Origin: Paraspadella gotoi
Lineage: Eukaryota > Animalia > Chaetognatha
NCBI GenBank assembly: GCA_051294375.1
Contig: CM119269.1
Span: 20,693,665 to 20,757,664 of the forward strand
Direction of reading: 5' to 3'
Length of the DNA stretch: 64,000 nt
Below are positions 1 through 11,500 of the stretch, piece by piece (the stretch's first letter is position 1; each line of letters starts with the position of its first letter). The notes beneath the pieces were generated by a model. It was not told the DNA's origin and ran no database searches. It saw only the letters and a program-made list of their open reading frames with translations. Both the position numbers and the translations under genes were made by a program.

Positions 1-8
1 ACCTCGTT

Positions 9-266
9 TCAATGTCTAGTCTCATTTCTTCCCAGGGAATTAAGGATCGGTTTCCATGCATCGGTTTTGACATAAGACCCCATATCTTCATTGAGGCCTC
101 TGCCCGGGCCACAATCGAGGCGCCTGATCCACAAGGCCTTTTCCACCTTTAGGTGGTGGCTGAGGCTGGATGGGTCTTTGATGCGTGGACGTGAGAGGAT
201 ATCCGGTGTCCAGTCGAATTGGGCTGAGCAGTGCTGACGATGCTGGGCCAGACCCGAATGGCCCCA
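9..266 (-). mobile_element. Penelope-like element fragment, C-terminal GIY-YIG endonuclease region
   Basis: Minus-strand translation HSGLAQHRQHCSAQFDWTPDILSRPRIKDPSSLSHHLKVEKALWIRRLDCGPGRGLNEDMGSYVKTDAWKPILNSL...* matches the typical PLE C-terminus (S.L..H, W, LK.E.L.I, LN.D.G, W.P.L); 5'-truncated, in an SLCO intron. Confidence 0.8.
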
Positions 267-289
267 CTTTTTTTATTTAAACTCATTAA

Positions 290-505
290 CACTCGCACGA
301 TTCCATAGAAACTTCATATTCAGCTCAATCATACACTTCCCTACCCACACACAAAATTTCTTTCCAATCCATCCATCCAATCACGAGTAATTGAATATTT
401 TTGCTAAGGTGGGACGGACAAACGGACGGACAGACATATTGACGGACATCTTTTTTTTTTGTTTGCATAATTTATCATAATTCGAGGTTCTGATATGATA
501 ATAAT
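290..505. repeat. DINE-1/Helentron-associated-like repeat fragment with (GACR)n microsatellite
   Basis: cacaaaatttc...ccatccaatcacgagtaat followed by gacggacaaacggacggacagaca, a layout typical of such non-autonomous elements. Confidence 0.4.
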
Positions 506-844
506 TATTTACCGACAAGATTTTGGGGTGGGTTCGACGGACCGACAAAGTGAATCATAGAGTCGGAATCTGCTGATGAGGAAAATGTAAAGAAAATTGA
601 AGAGAACGAACGGAATCACCGCAGTGGAGGATGAGGAGGAGGAGGAGGAGGAGAAGGAAGAAGAGGGATCGCGGAGGAATTTCAATTTTTACAAAGAGAT
701 TTATCGTCGCACTGTGATCTTTTATCTGGCGAAACTTTCTAGTTCTTCCTTCCTCCCTTTATCTTTTCTCTCCCCTTCCTCCCTCCCTCCTTTTTTTTTC
801 TTTTCTCTCTCCTTCCTCCCTCCCTCCTTTTTTTTTTCTTTTAC

Positions 845-2819
845 CCCCGAAAAAGCTGACGGGAAAAGTGGCGAGGAGAGAACCGACGTCGTAAAAGGAG
901 GGGATGAGTCCCGAGGTGGAGGAGAGAAGGAGGAATCTCTTCTCCAGCGTCGAGATGACGACGTTGATGAGGCCGTTGACGATGAAGCCTTGGAGGATCC
1001 CGGCGCAGCAGAGCAGCACGAGGACGCAGACGGGGGTTCTGACGTGCGGCGGGGAGGAATGGATGTTTGATTTTAGGTTTTGATTTTAATCGAGTTTTAT
1101 GACAATTTATGACAAATATTTTTTATAGCGGTTAAATTTAATTATTTATTTGATTTTGGTAGTATTAAATTTGGATTCTAAATATTTCTAAAGGTTTCCA
1201 GTCCGTTCAATAGGATTTTAGATAAAAGCGAGAAAAAAGTGAGTTCGTCTCTACCTGAAAACCTGGCAGCAGCCCGAGTAAAGAGGTCCCCAGCGACATT
1301 GTTCCTCCTCGGGGATTTCAGTTTCCGCCAGCTGAAAGGGAAAGAGGAGAGAGTGAGATCGAGGTGGAGAAGAATAAAAAGGTAAACGTCTCATCGAAGA
1401 GAGTCCTTTTCATATAAATAAATACTATTTGTTTACCCCAATCTAGAATCTTTTACCGACTCATTACATTTAATTTCTCATGTCCGTTGCACGGTAGGGC
1501 AGAGAAGATATGAAAGATATGAAACCTTTAAAATCTTAAAGTATACCCATGAGACTCTTAATGTGGTAGGTCAGCAAAATCCCAACAAAGCAAGTTTTTT
1601 GAAAATTTGTTATGAAAATATTTAAGTAGTTCTATTGAATATGCTTACAATTTGAATGTCTTTATGTCGATCATTATCTACAAAGCATAAGCTTTAATTT
1701 GAGACCTCTTCCAACTTTCTACGATTTTTCGTTATTGAATTATAAGTAATAATTATAATTAAAAAAATAATAGTCAATTAGTAATTTCAAACGGATTATT
1801 TCTTAAAAATAAAGATACAAATATGTTCTCAAAATCCAATCAACCAATCAATTAAAGATATTTTTATTATAAAATTTAAGATTTTCTAGGTTTTAGAGAT
1901 GGCACCTTTTTTTTCTTTCATATCTCCTATGCCCTACCGTGCATTGCTCATAAGCTCATTAACCCGTATCATTTTGCATGAACAGTTGAACAAGCCCACT
2001 CGGCCTGGCAACAGCATCAACAATAACACCACCAACGGCCTCCCTTTTGTCCGTGTCTGAATTACGAGCGAGTGAAAACGCGGAATCTAAATGGGTTCGG
2101 TCAAAACCGTTGCGTCTTGATTGAAACTTAACCGCGAGACGCCAAGTCACGAAAGCCCAAATTTGGAACATCTAAAAAGAAATCATGGGGCCAAAAGTCA
2201 GTTACGGCAAAACGCTAAATCTTGGCCAAGCTGCAAATCGGCGATAAGTATCGCCCAGTCGCATCCGGGGGAAGATTGAAAAAAGGTACCAAAGATAAAA
2301 GGTGGGCGCGGCGGCCGGAAATGCCGACTCGCGAGAAAAGAAAATATTGGGGAGGAACAAGTATTTGATTTTAAAAAGAAATTGGCTTAGTGGAAGTTGA
2401 ATTGAATAATTGAAGAGGAGAGAAGAGATTGAGAAGTGAGAGAAATAGAAAAATGCAAAAGGTAAAAAACTTAAGGAAAATCCTAAGAGAAAACCTGAAA
2501 AAAATATGACGTAAATAAAAAAAAGTACTGCCAGGAGTGATTGACGACATGAAAAAAATATTGGAGCAGAAAATCCGACAAAAAAATGGCATTGTGGTGA
2601 AAAGCATATTTTTGCGTGTCTGGGGATCGAGGAAGGAAAAAGGAAGAGAATTAGAATTTAGCTTCTGCTTTTTTTTGGCACCTGAAACGCATTTGGCTTC
2701 GCGGTTCCATTGGAATGAGTTTTCTCCAAAGTAATGGGATCCACGGCGTCTTTTTTACTTCCTCCTTCTCCTCCCCCGCCTCCGGGCTTTTGGCGAGACC
2801 CGTCTTCTTTAAAGACCAT
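845..2819 (-). CDS. Organic anion transporting polypeptide (OATP/SLCO4-like), 5' coding exons 2819-2682, 1331-1255, 1038-845; gene continues beyond window start
   Basis: GT-AG exons join in phase to MVFKEDG...NAFQ|LAETEIPEEEQCRWGPLYSGCCQVFR|TPVCVLVLLCCAGILQGFIVNGLINVVISTLEKRFLLLSSTSGLIPSFYDVGSLLATFPVSFFG, the hallmark OATP TM1-TM2 sequence. Confidence 0.92.
1490..1941. mobile_element. Non-autonomous DNA transposon (MITE) with CAC..GTG termini
   Basis: ~29-bp TIRs CACGGTAGGGCAGAGAAGATATGAAAGA / TCTTTCATATCTCCTATGCCCTACCGTG; 5-bp flanks CGTTG and CATTG (4/5 identical). Confidence 0.8.
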
Positions 2820-3859
2820 GGCGCAAGGGTAAGGGTGCTTTTGGGTGAGGGCGGGCTGACCAGCGAAGGTAGGGTGGTCAGCTTGTGGATTGCAATGGAG
2901 TTTTAGGTTTTCTTTTTTTTTTTCTCTCTCGGTCCAAGCGAATCTAAAGGCGAAAAAGACGAAGACGGGCGACGATTTGTCACTGGGCGGCGAAAAAAAA
3001 AGGTTTAAGTCGTCGTCGTCGTCGTCGTCGTCGTCATCGTCAGAGTCGTTTTGCCTGCCGAGGTCGTCGTCGTCGTCTTTGGCCCTGAAAAAAAAAGTAA
3101 ACGATTTGTCAACCAATGATTAATACCTTGACATTAATAATGCTTTCTTTCATTACGTTATAATGCGTTTCAAATGTGAACAATAGTAATAGCCACGGAT
3201 CGCACCAAAAGATCGAAAATAATCTGACATTTCGATCCTTCTCATACATTTACATACATTTCCATTTGGTTGACTTATAAAATAAGAATTGACTTTCCGC
3301 TTGCCTTAGGATTTAGAGTGATCGGATTTTATTTCTCTCGAAAACGATTTGCAAACAAACATTTACGTTTTGATCTTTTGTTAGCTTTTTATTTATTTTT
3401 TTTTTTGTTCTTTCTTCCGGGTGACTTTTTCCGCTTTTTATTTATCGTTAATTGACGTTTTGCTTAACGATTTAAACACCACGTTCACTTTGGTCATCTT
3501 TTTGTCGAATTTCGAATACAAGATGAAGATATTCGCTTCTTTTCTTAATTCTGGGGAATTCGTTTACGACTAGTTTGACGACCTTTATCGATGACGCGAA
3601 GTCGGACAAAACTTGTTTTTTGACGGCGAAGTTGACGGTGATTCGTCGTCATATCTCCCTGTATTGTGTAGATAAAAGGAGGTGCGAAACGGAAGTAAAG
3701 TAGAACAAGTTGCTGGAAAACAAAATTAAATTGAAAAGCTGAATTTAAAAATAGGACGCGACTAAATTCCCAATTGGAAATATCATTGGAAATATCATTG
3801 AATTCGTAGACCGATGGAAATATCTCGGTTTTAATCTTAGTATGAAAAGCATTTGTCTT

Positions 3860-4372
3860 TGACCCATTATTCTGAGTTATCCTTTTTCTACCGCTTCTAG
3901 CAATTGTCTCCTTAATTCCTTATATAAACCCTCAGAAGAAGTTTTATTGCGTTTGTACTACACCAATTGTGTCACAATACTTACGTACGGAAGTGAAGTG
4001 AAAGAGTATCTTGCAAAGAATATGACCAAAGTAAATGTAGCAATAAATGATGGCATTAGAAAAATTTTTGGTTGGAATAGATGGGAGAGTGTACGATCAT
4101 TTAAGGTCCTCATTTGGATATAATGATATCTAATAAATTTTTGCTTGTAGATCAAAACTTTGAATCCAAGCTTTTTTCCTCTAGAAACAATATTCTAAAA
4201 ATCTTGCAGCTTATTGTTGATTTTTTTTTTTTTCTCTTTTTTCGTTCTGTTAATTTAAATATTTATATTTTTGTTGAATTGTAAACTGTACAATTTATGC
4301 GTTTATCTGTAATGCTGTATGCCCTTTTGAATGTACTGTTTTCAACTAATTGTGTAAACGAATAAAACACAT
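3860..4372 (+). mobile_element. Non-LTR retrotransposon (LINE) 3' fragment
   Basis: Reads NCLLNSLYKPSEEVLLRLYYTNCVTILTYGSEVKEY...VNVAINDGIRKIFGWNRWESVR, resembling a post-RT LINE ORF2 C-terminus, then a T-rich tail with AATAAA at 4361. Confidence 0.7.
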
Positions 4373-5229
4373 TAATTGCGAGCGATCGGCCTCGGTTAAC
4401 CGAACGAGCTATCGACAAGAAATAGCAAAATAAATCATACAATTACAATTGACTATGGAAATCATATTTATATTTTTCAATGTTTATTAGCTTGGCCTTG
4501 GATTTTAAAAAGAATTATGTAGCAACCGAAAAAAAAAATAATAAAATGGTAAATTTGAAAACGAGTAGAGAAGGCGGAGAATTTGTAGATCCATTTATGG
4601 ATAAGATTTATTGCAGTCGATAAAATTTCGCGGGATATATTAAACGAGTCCGTCGATTCGAGGTGGTTGACGCCTATGAAGTAATTGTCATAAAAAAATA
4701 TCGTAATAAGCTTTTTAGTTTTGTGTATTCGTTTGCATAAATATATTTAGAGTTAAGAATGTCATATTTATAAATTATAATTCATAAGTTATAAATGAAA
4801 AAAAATTTAAATAATAAAATCCAAAGCATTCACACCAAATATCAGAAACAATCACTTTGCTTTTCAATGCAAAAAAGGCTGCAATCGACGCAAGTACTGA
4901 AGCAAATTATTACCCAAATCGCCAAAAGAGGTTGCGGCAGGCAAGCACACGCCTTAAAGTCGGTGCTGCAAGCGCCACCGAGCTCCGTCATCCGCCGCTA
5001 ACGCAAGCAGAGAATTTCAAAAAAATTAAATACAAAAGGGAAAAAGAAAGAGAAATCTAAGGGAAATTGAAGAGTTAAAACTTACCTGCGATGATTCGGA
5101 AAGGTAACGTGAGGAGGCTGCGTCAAGCGTTCGCTGCCGCGGCAGGGAAGAAGTTTAAGCGGCGGATTTGGAAACACCGAGAATTACGCCTGATATTCGT
5201 TTCGAGTTTTGTTTCGGGAGATACAAAAC

Positions 5230-5250
5230 AACAAAACATGGATGTGTCTA

Positions 5251-5302
<52 letters not shown>

Positions 5303-5484
5303 TTTTCTCTTTCTCTCTCTCATCTCTCCTCTCCTCTCTCTCTCTCTCTATCTCTCTCTCCTCTCTCTCTTCTCTCTCTATGTCAGGCAATCCAGCAGGA
5401 GAAATCTGAAGCTCTTTCCTGAGCCTCACCTGACTTTCCTTGCGATACCCGAGTTTTGTTCCTCGCTCGAAACAACCGGTTCTG

Positions 5485-5541
<57 letters not shown>

Positions 5542-5577
5542 GAGGAGAGGAGAGAGAGAGAGGAGAGAGAGAGAGAG
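5230..5577. repeat. Opposed (CT)n and (GA)n microsatellite tracts
   Basis: (CT)n at ~5230-5380 and (GA)n at ~5485-5577, directly visible. Confidence 0.95.
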
Positions 5578-6334
5578 GTTTGCGTGTAGATCGGATTAGA
5601 AATATTTAAAACAAATAAAATGAATTTACATAATTACAAAGAATTTAGTTTAACTATTTTTTTTTTTTTTTTTGGTGCAAAAAAACCGCAATTTATCATT
5701 CCTTGTCAAGCCAGATTTTTTTTTTTATTCGAAATTTTTATGCAACAGTCAAACCTATGTATAAGTCTACTGTCTAAGCTTCTATTTCATAATTTTTTTT
5801 CCTCGGATAATTTCCTCCTAAATCAAGGTCCCAGTACAAGAGCCTGTTTATCAGAGAATATTTTTGGATGTTCTATCAGAATTCTCTTTTATCGTAAATT
5901 ACGATGGTAAGGACTCGAGTGTCTTTTGTTCTATGATAAATCGCCGAAACTTTCTTTGGAGTTCGAGTCGGCCTCTATTCCTTAAGCTGGAAATAAACAA
6001 AAAAAAAAAAACAAAAGATAATATTCTTGAGTGAGGAAAAAGAAATTTAACGAATTTAAAAACTGAATGTGGATTTTGATTGGAACCATACGTATAATTG
6101 CTGCTTTCGCCATGAATTCCTTATGCCATTCTCCTACTTTGTGGCATTTCGCTAATGAGTTTATTGTCGCAACCAAAGTTTGTCAGCATTTCTCGTATGT
6201 ATCTTTTTTTTGTCGTTAACTTCGAAACATTCTTCCATAATCCATATGAACTTGATTTGCGTCAATGCAAACTACAATTTTTGAGTCAAAGAGGATTAAC
6301 TTAAGGATTAGGGAAATTTATTTTTTAAAAAAGG

Positions 6335-6666
6335 CCCTTTTAGTACCGCGACTAAGCGCTCTGATAATGCTTATATAAATTATTAATTGATTTTCGCCAA
6401 TTAAATTACTGATTCAACGTAATTTACCATCAAAAACATAATGAAACCTAAATTTTATCTGAAAAAACTGATTAGACTTTTGACAAGAAAAGAAATAATA
6501 ATATCAATAAATTCAATATATACATTATATACATATTCCAATTAGAGGAGCGCATAATCGAATTTTTAACAACGTAAAAAAGAGAATAGGATTAAAAGCC
6601 CAGGGTTTCCTTTTTCTTTGCGGAGATGGGAGGGAGAAATTCCTGATGACATTTGCATACTGCCGA

Positions 6667-6715
<49 letters not shown>

Positions 6716-8509
6716 ATTCGTACTCACCGACGTCTAACGACGCTCGCGACAATTTGCATAAATGGAAAAAAGACAAAAGAGGATTTCTTTCGGATATAAA
6801 TAAATAAATAAAATAAGGAAAGTAAGAAATAATGAGACAATTGGAATAGATTAACTCGTTAGTCGTTCTGACTTCATTTGCGTGCGATTTGACGGAGTAA
6901 TAAAAATAGTAACAAAAAAAACAACATTTTGATGCGAATAAAGATTCGATTTTGCACCGAAGCAGATGACGTTTAGAACTTAGACTCTGGACCACGAAAT
7001 TCTGGATCATTTTTGATCAAAGCAATTCGATCCGAAGTTAGAGGAAAGGTGAACCAGAGACAGAAAATACGACTTTCTGGGCCAAACAGCCTGAAGTGAA
7101 GCCCGAAGACCACGACTCCCATGGCGGGACAGTGGCGCCGATTATTGGCGCTGTGCTTTTGTCTTTCTGTGGTAAAATTTTTTTGTTTTTACATCCGTTA
7201 TAATAAATATTAATAATAAAATCAAATATTAATAATAAATAATAATAAATAATAATAATAATAAATAATTAATAAATTTCTCGTATTTGTTTATTAAAAT
7301 GCTTCCTTCTCTTAATTTTTTGGTATTTCATTCCTCAGATTGACGCGACGATTGGATGTTCAAGTAGAAAGACATCAACTCACTTGAACATCCAATCGTC
7401 GCGCTCAATCTGAGGAATGAAATTTACCAAAAATTAAGAAGAGGAAAGCATTTTTTAATAAAACAAATACTGAGAAATTTATTAATTATTCGTATTCTAT
7501 TATTTATTATTATTATTATTATTATTATTTATTATTATTTATTATTATTTTTTATTTATTATTATTATTATTAATTATATATTATTTATTATGTATTATT
7601 AATATTTGATTTTATTATTAATATTTATTATAACGGATGATAAAAACAAAAAAATTTTACCACAGAAAGAACAAAAGCCAGCGCCAATAAATCGCGCCAC
7701 TGTCCGCCATGGGAGTCGTGGTCTTCGGGCTTCACTTCAGGCTGTTGGCCTAGAAAAGTCGTTTTTCTGTCTTGGTTCACCTTTCTCTAACTCGGAATCG
7801 AATTTGCTTCATTCAAAAATTGATCCAGAATTTTCGTTGGTCCAGAGCTGTAAGTTCTAAACGTATTCTGCTTCGGCGCGCCAAAATCAGAACTTTATCG
7901 CGGTCAAAATGGTTTTTTTGGTTGCTATTTTTCATTATCACGTCAAATCGCACGCAAATGAAGTCCAGAACGACTAACGAGTTAATCTATTCAATTGATC
8001 ATTATTCTTACTTTCCTTATTTTATTTATTATATTTATATCCGAAAGAAATTCTCTTTTGTCTTTTTTCCTCCATTTATGCAAATTTGATCGCGCGCGTC
8101 GTTTAGACGTCGGTGCGTACGAATCGTTTCTCTCTCTCCCTCTCTCTCTCTCTCCTCTTCTCTCTCTCTCTCTCTCCCTTCGGCAGTATGCAAATGTCAT
8201 CAGAGAATTTCTCACCTCCATCTCCGCAGAAAACGGAAACCCTGGGCTAATTCCTATTCTCTTTTTACGTTGTTTGAAATTTCGATTATGCGCTCCTCTA
8301 ATTGGAATATGTATATAATGTATATATTGGAATTTATGATATTATTATTTCTTTTCTTGTCAAAAGTCTAATCCAGTTTTTTCAGATAAAAAATTTAGGT
8401 TTCATTAAGTTTTGATGGTAAATTACGTATGATCAGTAATTTAATTGGGAAAAACAATTAATAATTTATATTAAGCATTATCAGAGCGCTTATCGCGGTA
8501 CTAAAAGGG
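6335..8509. repeat. ~1.1-kb-arm inverted repeat, probable assembly artefact
   Basis: 7381-8509 is the reverse complement of 6335-7365 with many single-base indels. Confidence 0.9.
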
Positions 8510-11500
8510 TAATCGTAATTTAATGGCGAAAAACCAATTAATAATTTATATAAGCATTATCAGAGCGCTAGTCGCCGGTACTAAAAGAATATTAAAGTAA
8601 TTATTTACATAATTCTCGTTTCTTAGCTTTACAAATAACCTTTCGTCGAATGTGTAAACAAATGCTTTTTGGTTTTCGTCGGCTTGTTAATTCTTCAGTC
8701 GTGATTTTGGCCGATTAAGTAAACATTTTTGTATTCTCCCCGTTTATTCGTTTGTTCACGTTATTTAATATTAATCATAATGAATACTCATCCTCTTTCT
8801 AATATCATTAGGCTAAATAGCATGTCGTCAGTTATTACAGGAGCTTAGTAATAAAGGACGACATGGTGGCATCGGCCCTTGTTCGTCCCCACGTTCTCTT
8901 GTTGCTACTGCCTACGCTTAAGTGGGATGTCGGTGCGAGTTTTTCATGAGCTAATATGTCATATTGATAACGATAATTAGATTAGGTTATTAAGTTATCT
9001 AAGTGGCGGGTGTGTTTAATTGTCCACTCTCCTTCACATCCGCGTGCGTGGATGTAAAGTAGCTATTGCGGTCCTGTCACCTGCAAGCGTGGAGTGGGAG
9101 CTTATGGCTTTACTGGGCTTTGTTGGTATGCCGTCTGCGGAAGTAGACGAAAAACCCCGGCTCAGCAGTGAGCTCTTAACTGCGTCTGCACAGTAGACGA
9201 AAAAACTCACTGCTCAGCGTTGAGACCTCATAACTTGCCGTCCTTGGCGACGTAAAAACCGGAAAACCCCGTTAAAGAGAGGATTACCATTGAAAATATA
9301 TGGAATTCGCCACATAGCGTTCGAACTTTTTTTGTTTGCGCACTTTTTACCCGCATGTGGTCGTTTTTTAATAATAAATCGTTTTCGCTTCCTTGCATTT
9401 GCTATGACAAATGTTGATTGACGGAGGCCCATTAAGCTGGGACCATATTGCCTCTGCAAGTACGGAGGCCCATTAAGCTGGGACCATTTGCCTCTGCAAA
9501 ATGTCGAGGCCCATTAAGCTGGGATAGGTTGTAAAGTTACCTCTTTGAGGAATTAAGATATAAATAGATTGACGAGTGTTTCAATTCCTATATTAGAGAT
9601 GCGTCGACCGCGTCTCTGTTTCTAGGGTTCTTCATACCGTTAATGCATAGATCCGTTTGTGTGAGTTACACGAACGACTATTGGGTGTTTCTAGTTGAAT
9701 TTAGGTTAGTGTAGTTTATAATTTAAGGTGTCCAAAATGGTGAGGCAGGGCGAGAAAAAAATGGGATAAATATGCCCAACAAAATGTTGATTCTATATTG
9801 TATAAATTTTATAATTTTGATTAAAAATTAATATTAAAATGGCCTATCACGAGAGAATAAAAAATAATAATAAGAAATTTCCTCAATCTTGAAACTCAAT
9901 CATATTGCCTCGCTCCCGACGAATGATGATTTCCTCAATCTTTTTAATTCTCTCTCTCGTAACGTTGCCTCTTACATCTCGACGGCGAAATTGGCGAATT
10001 TTTGACCTCTAATTCACGAAGATTTTTCTCACTGCCGGACAGCCTCACATCAGAGCTTCTTTTAAACACGACGAATTGCAGCACGGCGGGAAATCAGAAA
10101 CTAACGCCTTTTCACGCTTAGTTTATTTCTTTGCCGGAAGCTTCCATCGTGAAATTTTTCTCGTTTAAACGTGGAGAGAACGTTTAATTTGACACGATCA
10201 ATGGAGGAATTTTCATTTCTTTGAAAGTCATTTAACAAAAGCGGTTTCATAATAAAACAAATTCGACTGTGTTAGATTACGTGATCATTGTCTCTACGGT
10301 TTGTAAAAATATAAAAATATTCTTGACGGCCAGTTTCGATTCCTGCGACCTTCAACGTCGAAACGATTTTCCCGTGAATCTCTGATCTTTAGTTTAAAAT
10401 TAAACTTCTCCCGGGCGTACGGGAGTCTAAACGAAAGCTGAACAAATCTTTTCTTGTTGAAATTCGATTTCACGATTGTTTGAACTAACTTTCGCGCTTA
10501 ACGCGGCTCTATAAAATCGCATCGTTCCAGTCTATCTACGACGTCATTCATTGTTTTAAATTCCAATGTATGCATCGACCTGCGAAGATCGAAAAGATAA
10601 ACAAACTCGGACATTTCCTTGCATCGACGATAGCCTTTAAGTTTTGCTTCTACAATTACCGTTAAATTTAACGTGATGTTCGTGATTCTGTGGAAAGAGC
10701 TCACGCTTTTCTGTTTATGATACAAAATGTCAAACCGCTGCCAAGATTTTGGACTCTTTTTCATGTAACATTAAGGTGGAAATGGAAATCTTTTGAAGAC
10801 GACGACGACAATGATCGTTTTAATTCTTCATTATTTTGGAACAAGAAAATAGAAATTTTTGCCATTTATCACAATAAAAAGGAAAAGAGCCTTAAAAATA
10901 AACCAAAATAAACTTTTCGTCTTTCATCTCTTAATCTCGAATCTCAATTCTCGAATCTCAAATCTCGGGCTTTCAACTTATCAACTATCGGACGCTAAAG
11001 AAACAGTTTTCAAGATTAAACCGAATTTTCCCTTCTCTACTCTCAATTATAAAACTTCTTCAACTATCAACTATCAAATACCGACGCCAAAGAATCATTT
11101 TACAAAATTCGCATAACAAGGAACCTGTGTCTTCTCCCACACCTGCCTCCTCATGGGTGGTCATGGACCATCTTCATCTTCCTCAACTCCTCACGAGGCC
11201 GGGCCTTTTCGCTCTCAACAAGTTTCTCACGGGCTTGCAACGCTTCGTCCTTTCTGCCGTCTGGGAAATAGTCGCGCGACCGAGGCCGGCGACGAAAAGC
11301 GGGCTTCCACGACCACGGAAGCATTTCGGTTCCCCAGGCTCACGAACGGCAACCGGTTGCGCAGCATCTGGCCAGCAGCGGCGAGGATCGACGAATTTGC
11401 TGTGCATGGAACGCCAGCAGCACGGTCAGTGCCTTTTCTCTTCTTCTCTCTCTCTTCACGTGAAATGGGAAAGCAGCATTGGCGACGGCTTGCAGCCGAC

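Noticed and set aside
5091-5609. ORFs with poly-LS/ER tracts here and at 14069, 28658, 42526 and 55792
   Set aside because: Translations of (CT)n/(GA)n/(CTTT)n microsatellites.
6335-8509. Giant palindrome as a real foldback transposon or hairpin-RNA locus
   Set aside because: Arms contain host exons, differ by indel-type noise, and the right arm is part of the gap-flanked duplicate; an artefact is the simpler explanation.
9422-9525. CRISPR-like repeat array
   Set aside because: Units are head-to-tail with no unique spacers, no cas genes, and the context is eukaryotic.
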